Source: a virus
Lineage: Duplodnaviria > Caudoviricetes
Direction: 5' to 3' (one strand)
Virus record (IMG/VR): IMGVR_UViG_3300025890_002227
Span: 1 to 56,876 of that record
Length of the DNA: 56,876 nucleotides
Shown here: positions 19,723 through 29,332 of the stretch, one piece after another
Layout of the letters: each line of letters opens with the position of its first letter
How positions within the stretch are numbered: the first letter of the stretch is position 1
Notes under the pieces: model-generated
Database searches by the model: none
What the model was told of the DNA's origin: nothing
The model's input: the letters and a program-made list of their open reading frames with translations, nothing else
Program-made: the position numbers and the translations under genes

Positions 19723-20748
19723 TTAACTGTACAGTGTATCAATTGGTACCCATGTAGTACCATTATATCCTTCAAATCTACTATCGTCTGAATTAAATCT
19801 CATCATACCTGCTGATGGTGATCCTGGGCGTTGAACTGTTGTACCGATAGGAATAATTATTGCACCTGTTCCTGGCAATGTTACATCATCTTCAATACTA
19901 ATAGTCACAGTCTGTGCAGATCCAACTGTATCAATACCTGTGCCACCTGTTACTGTAAGAGACTGGCTGTCTAAATCTACACTTTGGGCACCACCAGTAT
20001 CGCCCGTAAAATCTAAATCAGATGCTGTTACTTGTGCATCAACATACGCTTTAATAGACTCTGCTGTTGCTATTGTCGTATCGGTAGCCGTAGCAAAAGT
20101 ATCATCATCTAAAACTGCTGTACCAGAAACTCCTGTATTAATTGCAGGACTTGTTAGTGTTTTGTTTGTTAGTGTTGCAACTTTACTTGCTAAGTATGTG
20201 TTCAAGTCATCAGCAGTAACTTGCACCATTGTGCCGTCATCGTTTAATACTAATCTATCTGCATCAACTACTGTTGTTGCTGTAGCGGCGGTATCACCAT
20301 CGACAATATTAAGTTCAGTTGTTGTTGAAGTGATACCATTTAGTGTGTTTAATTCGCTTGTATTGGCGGTTAATCCTGTTAATGTGTTAAGTTCTGCTGT
20401 CGAAATAGTAGCACCATCTAGTATATTTAACTGTGTTGCTGTTGCTGTAACTGCTGTGCTACTTAGTTCTAAACTAGAGGTATTTAATGTAGCGACTTGC
20501 AAGTCGCTATATCCAGCAATAGTTACGTTACCGCTTGTGGTTCCATCTTCTGTAGTGCTAATAAGAACAAACTCATCTGCACTTTCGTCCCATATAAGTG
20601 CAACATTTGTTAATGCGCCTCTTTCAAATACGGTTCCAATGTCGTTAGTATTTGTACCAGACTGGTCACTGTTTATTCTGACAAGTGGATCTGACACATT
20701 GTGTACGTCGTAGTTAATTTGTGCTGATAAAGGACTCGTTAATGACAT
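19723..20748 (-). CDS. Tail fibre / virion appendage protein (paralog B)
   Basis: Same N- and C-terminal modules as 18602-19696; central (T/A)ELN.L.G repeats. Confidence 0.75.
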   Translation of the reverse strand: MSLTSPLSAQINYDVHNVSDPLVRINSDQSGTNTNDIGTVFERGALTNVALIWDESADEFVLISTTEDGTTSGNVTIAGYSDLQVATLNTSSLELSSTAVTATATQLNILDGATISTAELNTLTGLTANTSELNTLNGITSTTTELNIVDGDTAATATTVVDADRLVLNDDGTMVQVTADDLNTYLASKVATLTNKTLTSPAINTGVSGTAVLDDDTFATATDTTIATAESIKAYVDAQVTASDLDFTGDTGGAQSVDLDSQSLTVTGGTGIDTVGSAQTVTISIEDDVTLPGTGAIIIPIGTTVQRPGSPSAGMMRFNSDDSRFEGYNGTTWVPIDTLYS

Positions 20749-20749
20749 A

Positions 20750-21175
20750 TTATATTCCTGATGCGCGGTCTATTACTACCGCCTCTCGTTTTTCCATGCC
20801 GCGTGTCCAAGCCGCCGCTCCTAGTATAGCACCAAATGCGATGTGGAATAATCCACCACCTTGTAGTGTTAGTGAACTCCACTGTCCTTTAGCATACATA
20901 ATTGCTAGTGCTTCGGACTGTTGCTCGATAGGCATTTGTAATACATAGCGGAAAATTTCAGCCAAGTCGTTTGGCTGTGCTTGTATTAAGTAGGGTGCTA
21001 CAATGAAGTCAAAGATACATATTGACAAATATGTAACTGCGGATAATGGTCTCCACATACTGCGAAGCCATTTAGAAATAGGACCGTTTGAATCGCCTGG
21101 GTTTGGAGCAATAGGTGTTACTGTTATGTTATCAATTTGCTCATGTTCAATAGCCGTCGTTCTTGATCTTGCCAT
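20750..21175 (-). CDS. Putative holin (GTA 3TM holin-like)
   Basis: WRP motif followed by hydrophobic helices, LTLQGGGLFH.AFGAILG..AWTRG.EK. Confidence 0.65.
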   Translation of the reverse strand: MARSRTTAIEHEQIDNITVTPIAPNPGDSNGPISKWLRSMWRPLSAVTYLSICIFDFIVAPYLIQAQPNDLAEIFRYVLQMPIEQQSEALAIMYAKGQWSSLTLQGGGLFHIAFGAILGAAAWTRGMEKREAVVIDRASGI

Positions 21176-21788
21176 AATCTACCTTAAATGTCATATTAAA
21201 TGTAGTGTATTTCTCCTGTACATCTACATCGGTAATCGTAATATTAGAGTCTTTACGTGTTATTACTTTATTGACACTCTTGGAGTGATTGACTAGACCT
21301 TTATATATAAAAGTACGATCTATTTTTTCTTCGTTTATTACGCCAACAAATAATGTGTTAGCACTACATGTATTTAGTATTTCCTGCGTATATTTCTTTT
21401 CTATATCATTGTTATTAGAAAAAGGATAGCAATTTGTAATACAAATTTCACCTATATGATATGACTGCATATGTCTGCCAGTCAAACTGTCACTTTCCTC
21501 ATAATTTTTAAACTCGGTAACTGCACATCTACAACCAGAACCAATTGTGGGGTATTGGCTAGTAGTAAAACATAGACCTATAGTCTCCCAATCGCTACTA
21601 TCAGTAGGTTTATAGTTTGTAACATACTGCATTGGCACATCAAATGTTTTAAATGCTACTGGATAGGGAAGTTTTTGGAAGAAACACAAATCGTAGTCTT
21701 TTATATCGATTGTGTATATAAAGTCGTCTAGATCTTGCCACAGATGACTAGACGTCAGTACTTTTAGGGTTTTGTTCATCGGTTGCAT
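21147..21788 (-). CDS. Hypothetical protein
   Basis: 213 aa ORF overlapping both neighbours; no clear family. Confidence 0.55.
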   Translation of the reverse strand: MQPMNKTLKVLTSSHLWQDLDDFIYTIDIKDYDLCFFQKLPYPVAFKTFDVPMQYVTNYKPTDSSDWETIGLCFTTSQYPTIGSGCRCAVTEFKNYEESDSLTGRHMQSYHIGEICITNCYPFSNNNDIEKKYTQEILNTCSANTLFVGVINEEKIDRTFIYKGLVNHSKSVNKVITRKDSNITITDVDVQEKYTTFNMTFKVDYGKIKNDGY

Positions 21789-21942
21789 CCTTTAATGAGT
21801 CGACATCAGATTTATTAGCGATGTGAGTCAAAAGGTTGTCAACTTTTCGTTGAAACCATACGCCCATTTTGGTGTCTTTAAACCACATCCAAAATGCTGA
21901 TGCTATTATGTTAAGGAGTATTACTCTGATTAATATCCACAT
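21748..21942 (-). CDS. Small membrane protein
   Basis: N-terminal hydrophobic helix, WFKDTK.G.WF; TAAATA 4 nt before ATG. Confidence 0.65.
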   Translation of the reverse strand: MWILIRVILLNIIASAFWMWFKDTKMGVWFQRKVDNLLTHIANKSDVDSLKDATDEQNPKSTDV

Positions 21943-21985
21943 ATAGTATTTATGCGAATATTAACCAGTGTAACAGTTAGATGAA

Positions 21986-22357
21986 CTACTTTTCGTTATT
22001 TTGTTTATAGTATTTTTCGTAAGCAACAATAATCGCATTTTGTTGTTGAATTAACTTACGAAGTGCGGCTATATTCATGCTTAGGTTCTCATAACCCTTA
22101 TCTGTTAGACCGAATATAGCACCATCGATGTTGTTCTTTTCAAGTTTGTAAAAAACTTCTTCGTAGTTGTCAACAGTGATAATAGTCCATTCGACGTCTT
22201 TTGCCTCAAATGGTTTAATTGATGGTAGTTCTATATCAATTCTTTCAACAGGTTGCACGACTACAGGTTTGTTACCTTTTTTGGGAGTTAATGAGCATCC
22301 TTGCAATGCAAATGTAGATATGATCAAAGCAATTGTAAATAATTTTATTCCTTTCAT
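21986..22357 (-). CDS. Putative o-spanin lipoprotein
   Basis: Signal peptide with lipobox LQGC; GYENLSMN.A.LRK.I.QQ..II..Y..YY; follows a TM plus coiled-coil gene. Confidence 0.7.
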   Translation of the reverse strand: MKGIKLFTIALIISTFALQGCSLTPKKGNKPVVVQPVERIDIELPSIKPFEAKDVEWTIITVDNYEEVFYKLEKNNIDGAIFGLTDKGYENLSMNIAALRKLIQQQNAIIVAYEKYYKQNNEK

Positions 22358-22360
22358 CTT

Positions 22361-22849
22361 TTATTCCTCTTCTGGCTTGTAGTTAGGATTGGCTAGTGAA
22401 GGGCATTCAGAGTTGATTTGACTTGGTTTTACTGCCGCTATTTCTGCTTCACTAAGCGGACTTCCGCTTAATATTTCAAAACACCTCAGTGCATTTTTGG
22501 ATGCATTAGTAATGACCTTACCAATTGGCCCTGGTTTATTTTCAGCAAGTTTGCCGATATCGCGTGTGCCAAAATACTTAGACACTTTGTTAAATTTCTT
22601 TTCAAGTCTGTCATAACTATCTTGGGCGTTATCAAACTTTGTTTCAAGATCGTTTAAAACTTGTGTCATAAGCATACGGTCTTCTTCTGCACGAAGTCTT
22701 GCTTCTTCTGCTAAGGCTAATTGCGTTTCTTTAATAGCCATTTCCGCAATCATACGTGCTTTTTCTTCCTCGTTATTTTGATACCATACGTAACCACCGC
22801 CAGCACCTGCAAGAACGATTAAGAGTAGTATTGAGTTAAATCCAAACAT
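22361..22849 (-). CDS. Putative i-spanin
   Basis: N-terminal TM helix, long coiled coil, C-terminal Cys pair. Confidence 0.65.
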   Translation of the reverse strand: MFGFNSILLLIVLAGAGGGYVWYQNNEEEKARMIAEMAIKETQLALAEEARLRAEEDRMLMTQVLNDLETKFDNAQDSYDRLEKKFNKVSKYFGTRDIGKLAENKPGPIGKVITNASKNALRCFEILSGSPLSEAEIAAVKPSQINSECPSLANPNYKPEEE

Positions 22850-22876
22850 AAATAGAGTCCTCTTGTTAGTATACTA

Positions 22877-22912
22877 AGTATACTATAAATTTATTGATGT
22901 GTCAAGTATTTA
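22877..22912 (-). promoter_or_regulatory. Tandem TAAATA and sigma70 (TTGACA-17-TATACT) promoter upstream of spanins
   Basis: TAAATA 22912-22907, TTGACA 22905-22900, TATACT 22882-22877; AGTATACT palindrome occurs twice. Confidence 0.6.
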
Positions 22913-23404
22913 CTACTTAAAGGGGATTCGGGCGTTGATCTTGAGTTGTTCTAACTCTTTTAGCATAGATTGCTGTCTTGCCATAAACAAGTCATAATCT
23001 TCAGCATTTAGAGGAATTCTAGAGATAAGTTCTTGATAGTTAAGAGTTTTTTCGCTTTTATAATGCTTAAATGAAAATTTTTCAACACTAGTAAGTCTCT
23101 CTAAACCATCTAAAACTTCCTGAAACATTGTAGGGAAATTTTCGCTTCTTTCAGATTCTACAAACACAACAAAGTCGCCGTCAATATTTTCACTTGATAC
23201 ATTATCAGCGTCGATTATTTCCGTATAACCTCTTTCTAAAAATGAAACCATATCTTCACTTGCATTTTTAGTTTTAACGTAAAATGCTATAACAATAATA
23301 TCTCTATCGTCACCTACTTTACTTTTGTGTTTGTCAACACGAACAATGGAGTTTACTAATCCGCCCAAATCGCCTTCGGTAAGATCTTCGTTTAACTGAT
23401 TCAT
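22913..23404 (-). CDS. Conserved hypothetical jumbo-phage protein
   Basis: DKHKSKVGDD.DIIVIAF...FLERGY...DAD; translationally coupled to the upstream gene. Confidence 0.75.
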   Translation of the reverse strand: MNQLNEDLTEGDLGGLVNSIVRVDKHKSKVGDDRDIIVIAFYVKTKNASEDMVSFLERGYTEIIDADNVSSENIDGDFVVFVESERSENFPTMFQEVLDGLERLTSVEKFSFKHYKSEKTLNYQELISRIPLNAEDYDLFMARQQSMLKELEQLKINARIPFK

Positions 23405-23952
23405 TATATTAGTTCTTCTTCCATTTCAGGAGCGGCCGCCGCTTGATCTAAGTTTTGCTGTTCTGCTTCTTCAACGTCTTGTAGATCAATAGTTTCTCCA
23501 GCATATTCAATAGAACCACGCTCAATACTAGTCATTAAGTCTCTAGGTATTTTAATAGTAACAGTCCAAATTGGTGATTCAATTGTTTTAATATCTTCAT
23601 AATTCGTATTGTCACCCACAGGGCGTCTTGGGTATGATTCTAAATCTTTAACTGGCCTTGTTAAATTTGTTTTCTCATAGGTAACAGTAATACCATAATC
23701 TAACAATCGTTTTGCTCCTAACGGATTAGGCATTAGTTTATATGGCCACATAAATGCACACTCTACAAAATGTCTGCCATGCGCCGGCCCACTAATTAAT
23801 TCGCCCTTTTTCCAGTTATCAAAAACGTATAGATCAAGATTGTCTAATACACGCTCAAAATCTAATAGATTCTGTAATGCGTTGTCGCTCATATAAACAT
23901 TTTTGGTATTATCTAGAACATCATACAGTTTAATTCTGTTATCTTGCTTCAT
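23404..23952 (-). CDS. Conserved hypothetical jumbo-phage protein; start likely ATG 23952
   Basis: LLDFERVLD.LDLYVF.NW.KGEL..GP...RHFV...FMWP..LMPNP.GAKRL; TATAAATA 5 nt before ATG 23952. Confidence 0.8.
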   Translation of the reverse strand: MKQDNRIKLYDVLDNTKNVYMSDNALQNLLDFERVLDNLDLYVFDNWKKGELISGPAHGRHFVECAFMWPYKLMPNPLGAKRLLDYGITVTYEKTNLTRPVKDLESYPRRPVGDNTNYEDIKTIESPIWTVTIKIPRDLMTSIERGSIEYAGETIDLQDVEEAEQQNLDQAAAAPEMEEELI

Positions 23953-23965
23953 ATACTTATTTATA

Positions 23966-24511
23966 CTAATTAAAGTATCTACGGTAGTCTCTAGGACCAC
24001 CGTACCAATGTACTTCTGTATGTAAGTTTTTAGTATTAGCCTTTAGTATATGCTCTTCCCACCAGTCTGGATGCTCTACTGTACAATGTGCGTTTTCACC
24101 GTTAGGCAATATTTGTATAGCGAGTCTTGTACATATAGCAAGATATACAAATTTCTCTGCTCTTTCAAACATTTGCGTTAGTGTTTTTGGTATTGCTACC
24201 GCAGGAATATGCTCTAATACGTCAGTTGAAATAACACCGCAGAATGTACCATCTGGTAACGTGCTATGCTCTGGAAATCCTGGATCATACAAGAATATAT
24301 TTTCATCATCAATATTAAAACGTCTATTAGCATGGTTATCAGTGTATTGCCTACCCTTACCACATCCATAGTCTAATACAGTTTTAGCATTGTGCTTGTT
24401 TACTAGTATCTCAATTTGAGGTATTTCTTTACCTAAACTTACTCCAGGAAACTTATCACTGTCAGTGTGTGCTTGTTTGTATTGTTCTATATATTTTTGT
24501 TCTAAATCCAT
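23966..24511 (-). CDS. Class I SAM-dependent methyltransferase
   Basis: VLDYGCGKG motif I, YDP, STDVLEHIP. Confidence 0.88.
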   Translation of the reverse strand: MDLEQKYIEQYKQAHTDSDKFPGVSLGKEIPQIEILVNKHNAKTVLDYGCGKGRQYTDNHANRRFNIDDENIFLYDPGFPEHSTLPDGTFCGVISTDVLEHIPAVAIPKTLTQMFERAEKFVYLAICTRLAIQILPNGENAHCTVEHPDWWEEHILKANTKNLHTEVHWYGGPRDYRRYFN

Positions 24512-24515
24512 TTTA

Positions 24516-25265
24516 TTACACCATAAAAATATTATTAGCGTTTCCTGATTCTATAATTTCCCTGGTGCGATCTGTTTTTAAACCTGTCAATAATAGTGTA
24601 GTTCTAAGCGTATTAGAAGCATTTGCTGTTGCGTGAGGAACATTAGCCCAATCAAATGTATGACAATCACCTGCTTTCCAGTTTGTATACGTATATGTTC
24701 CGTACTGATAAAACTGACCAGGTTCCCAGTCAGTAAGAAATATTGATATTCTGCAGATTTGTTCTGGATTCGATGGCTTCCAATCCCATAGTTTATCAAT
24801 ATGTCTGTTAAACATTTGTCCAGTGTGTTGGACATGACTGCGATATTTTTTCTTTAATCCTTCTGATAAGTCTGTGGATTCAGTTAGTGCAAAGTAATCA
24901 CACATAGATTTAAGCACTGGTAAGTTTGAAAAGTCGTCAAGCATATTAGATAGTTCTAATTTAGGATCGCCGTGGCCTTGAAGAATATCATATTCTTCTT
25001 GCTCAAGCATCGGAGACACATCATCATATTCGCCAAAATACTTTCTAGTTTCCCAACTAATTGCTTTGCTCTCATCGATAATTGTTTGCATTTCTTGTTG
25101 CCAAGATTCTGGATTTGGAAATCTTCCTAAGATCTTAAACCACTCACCTTCTTTATCTTGTCTTTCATTATCGAAATGATATTCGCTGTTTGAAACTGTC
25201 CAATCCCAACTGCTTTTATATGTAGCAGGATCTGTTAGTTTTTTATTCCAATCTGTAGTGTGCAT
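24516..25265 (-). CDS. Putative 2OG-Fe(II)/cupin oxygenase
   Basis: GQMFNRHID (HxD), IFLTDWEPGQF, WKAGD, PHATAN distal His, R.TL. Confidence 0.7.
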   Translation of the reverse strand: MHTTDWNKKLTDPATYKSSWDWTVSNSEYHFDNERQDKEGEWFKILGRFPNPESWQQEMQTIIDESKAISWETRKYFGEYDDVSPMLEQEEYDILQGHGDPKLELSNMLDDFSNLPVLKSMCDYFALTESTDLSEGLKKKYRSHVQHTGQMFNRHIDKLWDWKPSNPEQICRISIFLTDWEPGQFYQYGTYTYTNWKAGDCHTFDWANVPHATANASNTLRTTLLLTGLKTDRTREIIESGNANNIFMV

Positions 25266-26773
25266 TATGTATAATCAAGTCCTTTGTCTTTTCTTACTAT
25301 ACTATTTACTAAAATACCAATGCTAATTACAATGCAAATAAGAAAAATAGGATGATTGTATATATTAAACAGTTCAAGCCATCTAAAATCTGCCATTGAA
25401 CTGAGACCAGGCTTCCATTGCTTATATCCATATAGTTGCAATGTTCCCCAAAAATACTCATCAATCTTAAATGCTACAACATATGCGACAAGAATAGCCG
25501 GCCTACTTATGTTAAACATTTTACATACAACACCAATCGCGCTTAGAATGGCTAATAGTGCCAAATCTTCCCAACCACCTGTATATTGCATATTAGCGTA
25601 GACAATTACTCCTAGAATAAATGTTGCGTAAATCCAAAAAGGAACTTCTAAGATTTTTAGAATATACTTGTATAAGAATATACTTAATAATGCTACACCC
25701 ACTGTTCCAAATATATAACCAAATGCTAAACTGTTTGTAAACTGTAGATCGTCTAGTAGACTAGGCGTGCCAATTTCCATACCAAAATACATACAAATTG
25801 CCATAACCATAGCCGCAAATGGTGCGGCTGGTATTCCAAATAAACACGCAGGTATCATACTAGATACTTTTTGTGCGTTATTTGCTCCTTCACAGCCTAG
25901 CAATCCAACAGGGTTGCCTTCACCAAACGGAACTTCTTGATCATCTTCTTTGTGTGCCGCTTTTGTGGCGCCGTATGCTAGAAAGTCGCCTACTGCTCCT
26001 CCTACACCTGGTAATAATCCAGTAACAAACCCGATTAAGCCACCGCGTATCATATCTTTCCAATTTTTTCTAACGTCACCAAAGCCTTGCTTTAAGCCTT
26101 TCCAGTAATTACCTTCAAGTGGTGGCGCCGCTGATTTTAATTGCCTTCTAAATCCGTCTAATAATTCTGGAACTCCAAACAATCCTGAAAGCAACACAAC
26201 CATTCCAATTCCATTTTGTAAGTATTCCCAACCGAAAGTTAATCTTGGATTACTTACGACATCTTCTCCTACCATACCCACTGCTAGTCCAAATATAATA
26301 GCACAAGTGCTTAGGAAGATACTCTTGCTGGCTACAAAGCCTACGCAGGCTAATGCCATTGTCATAAATCCTAAAAACTCCGGGCGTCCAAATAATACTA
26401 TAATTTTTCCATAGTATGGAAGTAAAAAGAAAGTTAATGCCGCAAATACGACACCATTAAATGTTGAATCAGCAATAGCAATTCCCATTGCTCTCGCCGC
26501 CTGGCCCTTCTTTGCCATTGGATAGCCGTCAATAACACAGGCCGCTGTTGTACTTGCGCCAGGTATACCAGTAAGAATACTAGTATAACTATCAGCACTG
26601 GCGCAACTTGCTACAATAGCAGTTAAAAAGACCAATCCTAGATAAGGATCAGCCATAAAGTATGCGCCCATACTAAAGACAGTTATCAAGGCGGTAGTAA
26701 CACCTGCTATAGGAATAATTCCTACTAACATTCCATAAGCGGTGCCAACTAACGCCCAGATAACATAATCCAT
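25265..26773 (-). CDS. tctA: Tripartite tricarboxylate transporter large permease TctA
   Basis: Polytopic membrane protein; TSIL.GIPG...AACVIDGYPMAKKG.A, GLLPGVGG, E.ANNA, GIP duplicated motifs. Confidence 0.9.
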   Translation of the reverse strand: MDYVIWALVGTAYGMLVGIIPIAGVTTALITVFSMGAYFMADPYLGLVFLTAIVASCASADSYTSILTGIPGASTTAACVIDGYPMAKKGQAARAMGIAIADSTFNGVVFAALTFFLLPYYGKIIVLFGRPEFLGFMTMALACVGFVASKSIFLSTCAIIFGLAVGMVGEDVVSNPRLTFGWEYLQNGIGMVVLLSGLFGVPELLDGFRRQLKSAAPPLEGNYWKGLKQGFGDVRKNWKDMIRGGLIGFVTGLLPGVGGAVGDFLAYGATKAAHKEDDQEVPFGEGNPVGLLGCEGANNAQKVSSMIPACLFGIPAAPFAAMVMAICMYFGMEIGTPSLLDDLQFTNSLAFGYIFGTVGVALLSIFLYKYILKILEVPFWIYATFILGVIVYANMQYTGGWEDLALLAILSAIGVVCKMFNISRPAILVAYVVAFKIDEYFWGTLQLYGYKQWKPGLSSMADFRWLELFNIYNHPIFLICIVISIGILVNSIVRKDKGLDYT

Positions 26774-26777
26774 AATT

Positions 26778-27830
26778 TTAGTCTAAAAGTTCAGGCTTAT
26801 AAACTGATGGGAAACCATATGCTTCTTGGTTCCATCTAACTGCGTCCCTAAGGGCTTTCTCTGTAATTAAAGATTTTAGTGCCGCCAATAATGATGGACC
26901 ATCTTGAATCCACGGATATACTCCCGTCTTTGCGTAAATTTCTGCTGATGCAACCGGATCATTAATCATTGCAGTTACAGCCGCTTTAACTTTTGCCGCA
27001 TTTGGATTACCTTTGTTCATCCAAAGTGATTTTTGTATTGCATCACGCCAGTTACGAGTAAGTTTATATGCGTTATATAAATCGCCTGAAGGTCTTTCGC
27101 CCCATAGTGACTCATAAACATCTTCAAACTGTGTGTTAGGAAAGTTTGGATCTGCAATTTGTACATTGTTTTCTAGATCTAGAATACCGTGTGTAAACCA
27201 AAGTTCGTTGCCAGCGATGCCTTCGTAAAAGCGTTTCCAAGCCGCTGGTGATTCACGGGCAACATCAAATTCTCCGTTTTTAAATCCTAGGCGCTTTTCA
27301 CCGCCTGATACACCGTTAACCCAAATAACACGCTCTCTCCAACATGCCAAGTATTCATCGACAGTGTTGTCGCCTTGTGGTCCACATAGTAACATTGCAA
27401 CTGCCGCCGCATCTGGTTCAAAACCTGAGCCGCCCGCAATTGTCCAAGTTCCTTCTTTTTCTTGGGCACCTGCGTGTTTACCTAATACGATGTCGTTGTT
27501 CATTGAACCAATTAGTTCATAGTCAAAGTAGTTGTAATCAACCTTGTCTAGCAAGTATGATACACCATTACCACCGTGAGCAACCATAATTGTTTTGTCA
27601 TCAAAACGTAGGCTGTTGTGGAATTTATTAAATCCAGGAATATCTCTTGCACCTGGAATATGGCGTACTACTACTGGTTCACCAATGAACTTTTCTAGGT
27701 TTTTTGCAATAATTTCGCTCCATACCGAAGTACCCTTACCAGGTGCTTGGGGAACAATCAAAGTATAATCAGCTAATGCTGGTAGTGCGATGCCCACCGA
27801 AAGCATAAGTGAAAGAATCAAACGTTTCAT
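26778..27830 (-). CDS. tctC: TctC/Bug-like periplasmic substrate-binding protein (divergent)
   Basis: Signal peptide ending ALA-D, IVPQAPG.GT, LEK.IGEPVVV..IPGA; adjacent to tctA; AAGGAG SD. Confidence 0.75.
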   Translation of the reverse strand: MKRLILSLMLSVGIALPALADYTLIVPQAPGKGTSVWSEIIAKNLEKFIGEPVVVRHIPGARDIPGFNKFHNSLRFDDKTIMVAHGGNGVSYLLDKVDYNYFDYELIGSMNNDIVLGKHAGAQEKEGTWTIAGGSGFEPDAAAVAMLLCGPQGDNTVDEYLACWRERVIWVNGVSGGEKRLGFKNGEFDVARESPAAWKRFYEGIAGNELWFTHGILDLENNVQIADPNFPNTQFEDVYESLWGERPSGDLYNAYKLTRNWRDAIQKSLWMNKGNPNAAKVKAAVTAMINDPVASAEIYAKTGVYPWIQDGPSLLAALKSLITEKALRDAVRWNQEAYGFPSVYKPELLD

Positions 27831-27870
27831 CTAATTTCTCCTTGTTGAATAATGTTGTTTAATTTTGTTT

Positions 27871-27909
27871 ATTCGTGACGAGTATTCGTGACGAGTACTC
27901 GTGACGAGT
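27871..27909. repeat. Three tandem 13-bp near-palindromic repeats a(t/c)tcgtgacgagt
   Basis: attcgtgacgagt / attcgtgacgagt / actcgtgacgagt read directly from the sequence. Confidence 0.95.
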
Positions 27910-27919
27910 GTTGGGGGGA

Positions 27920-27958
27920 TAACTCTAATGAACTTCTTTCGGAGCGTTATTAAAGTTA
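27920..27958 (-). promoter_or_regulatory. Stem-loop at the 5' end of the tctC leader
   Basis: taactttaat...attagagtta outer stem, inner aac/gtt and GAAA-capped hairpin; TAAATA promoter at 27970-27965. Confidence 0.5.
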
Positions 27959-27994
27959 GTATATTATTTATCAATTAGTACAGATTTACTATAA

Positions 27995-28678
27995 TTATTT
28001 TGACCACCATTCAGTTCCCGGTTTTGCATGTTCTTGTATCTTAGCACGAGCTATTCTATCTAACTCCGTCTCTTTAACAGGGGAAACGTACTTGGCATTG
28101 GCATTGGCTTTTAAAATTTCATTAATTAATGGATTGTCGTATGCAATGGGGAAATCTAGTATCTTACTAAGATATTTTAAATATCGATGTTCGTATAGGC
28201 ATAGCATTTCATGACTAATATAATCTGGGTTTAGATTTACTAGTTGTTGGTCAATTGCTTCGAGCATATGCATATAAGTTACTCGACTGCGTAATCGTTC
28301 TTGTTGGGCTTCTAATATGGTTTTATCTCGGCCAATAATTGCCACTTGAACTGACCATCCGTTTTTAGTTGCCCCATTAATAAATTCTTTAAACGGAGGT
28401 ATTGTTGTTACTCCATTTTGAACATAAGGAACAGAAATACTGACGCAGGCATATTTGTAATTTCCAAAGTCCGCAGTGTTCCATTCAGATGGATTATTCC
28501 AGAACTTATTAAAAGGTTCTAAATCGTGTGCTACCCAATAAGTCTCATTAAGTTCCTTCCAACCAAAGACTTCCGGATGCAACTCAAATACTTTGCTGTA
28601 CATGTGGTTTCCGGACCCCTGTGGTCCAACTAATAGCAATAACTTTTTATTATCCACTCTGTTACTTTGCCCAAACAA
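27995..28678 (-). CDS. P-loop sulfotransferase/kinase-like protein
   Basis: LLLVGPQGSGNH P-loop-like segment, IIGRD. Confidence 0.6.
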   Translation of the reverse strand: MFGQSNRVDNKKLLLLVGPQGSGNHMYSKVFELHPEVFGWKELNETYWVAHDLEPFNKFWNNPSEWNTADFGNYKYACVSISVPYVQNGVTTIPPFKEFINGATKNGWSVQVAIIGRDKTILEAQQERLRSRVTYMHMLEAIDQQLVNLNPDYISHEMLCLYEHRYLKYLSKILDFPIAYDNPLINEILKANANAKYVSPVKETELDRIARAKIQEHAKPGTEWWSK

Positions 28679-29303
28679 AATACATTCTATTCTTGTAATC
28701 TGTACGCAAGTCTAATACAGTAACTCCTAAAAAGTCTGCTGTATTAATAATAAATGTAGGTGTCCAATCATAAAACTGTATCCAATCTGCCTCCATTGGA
28801 TCATGCTTTAAACCCGGATTAACTCTAAAGAATATTTTACCACCGAGCGAGGTTAGTTTAACTACACGCTCTAACTCATCGAGTATTTTAGTCGTGTCGC
28901 CAAAATTGATAGAGCCTAAACACAATACTACATCATACGTAATATCGGGATCGTAATCCATAATGCCTTGCATAACGTCTGCTTTTGGATTATATGGATC
29001 TAAACCTGTCAGATTATGTATGTTTCCTCTAAACTCATTATATCCGCATCCAACATCTAAAACATTCTTTGGATTAAGTTTATTAACTTCATTAATTAAA
29101 GCAGGGCCACTATATTTGTATTTTTTAAGTTCGGGTTGCCATACTCTAGAAAAATATTGTTCTAATACTTTGTCGTCTACTTTATCTACTAACTCACCAA
29201 TGTGATTAAACGAAACATCATCTACCCATACATTAAAAATACCCTGTATGGATTGGCGTAGTTTGTGTTCGTCGCGTAGTATTTGAGTAGAGGTTTTAAA
29301 CAT
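28662..29303 (-). CDS. Class I SAM-dependent methyltransferase; start likely ATG 29303
   Basis: VLDVGCGYN, GLDP, YDVVLCLGSINF; GAGGA SD before 29303. Confidence 0.85.
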   Translation of the reverse strand: MFKTSTQILRDEHKLRQSIQGIFNVWVDDVSFNHIGELVDKVDDKVLEQYFSRVWQPELKKYKYSGPALINEVNKLNPKNVLDVGCGYNEFRGNIHNLTGLDPYNPKADVMQGIMDYDPDITYDVVLCLGSINFGDTTKILDELERVVKLTSLGGKIFFRVNPGLKHDPMEADWIQFYDWTPTFIINTADFLGVTVLDLRTDYKNRMYFVWAK

Positions 29304-29332
29304 ATCCTCTAGTTGTTTTAGGATTTTTAAAT

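Noticed and set aside
18602-19810. Similar 3' ends of the two fibre genes as a DGR template/variable repeat pair
   Set aside because: Differences are mostly synonymous and not adenine-specific, both copies are coding, and no reverse transcriptase is visible
27871-27909. Possible mini-CRISPR array
   Set aside because: Repeats are 13 bp and directly abutting with no spacers; no cas genes in the window
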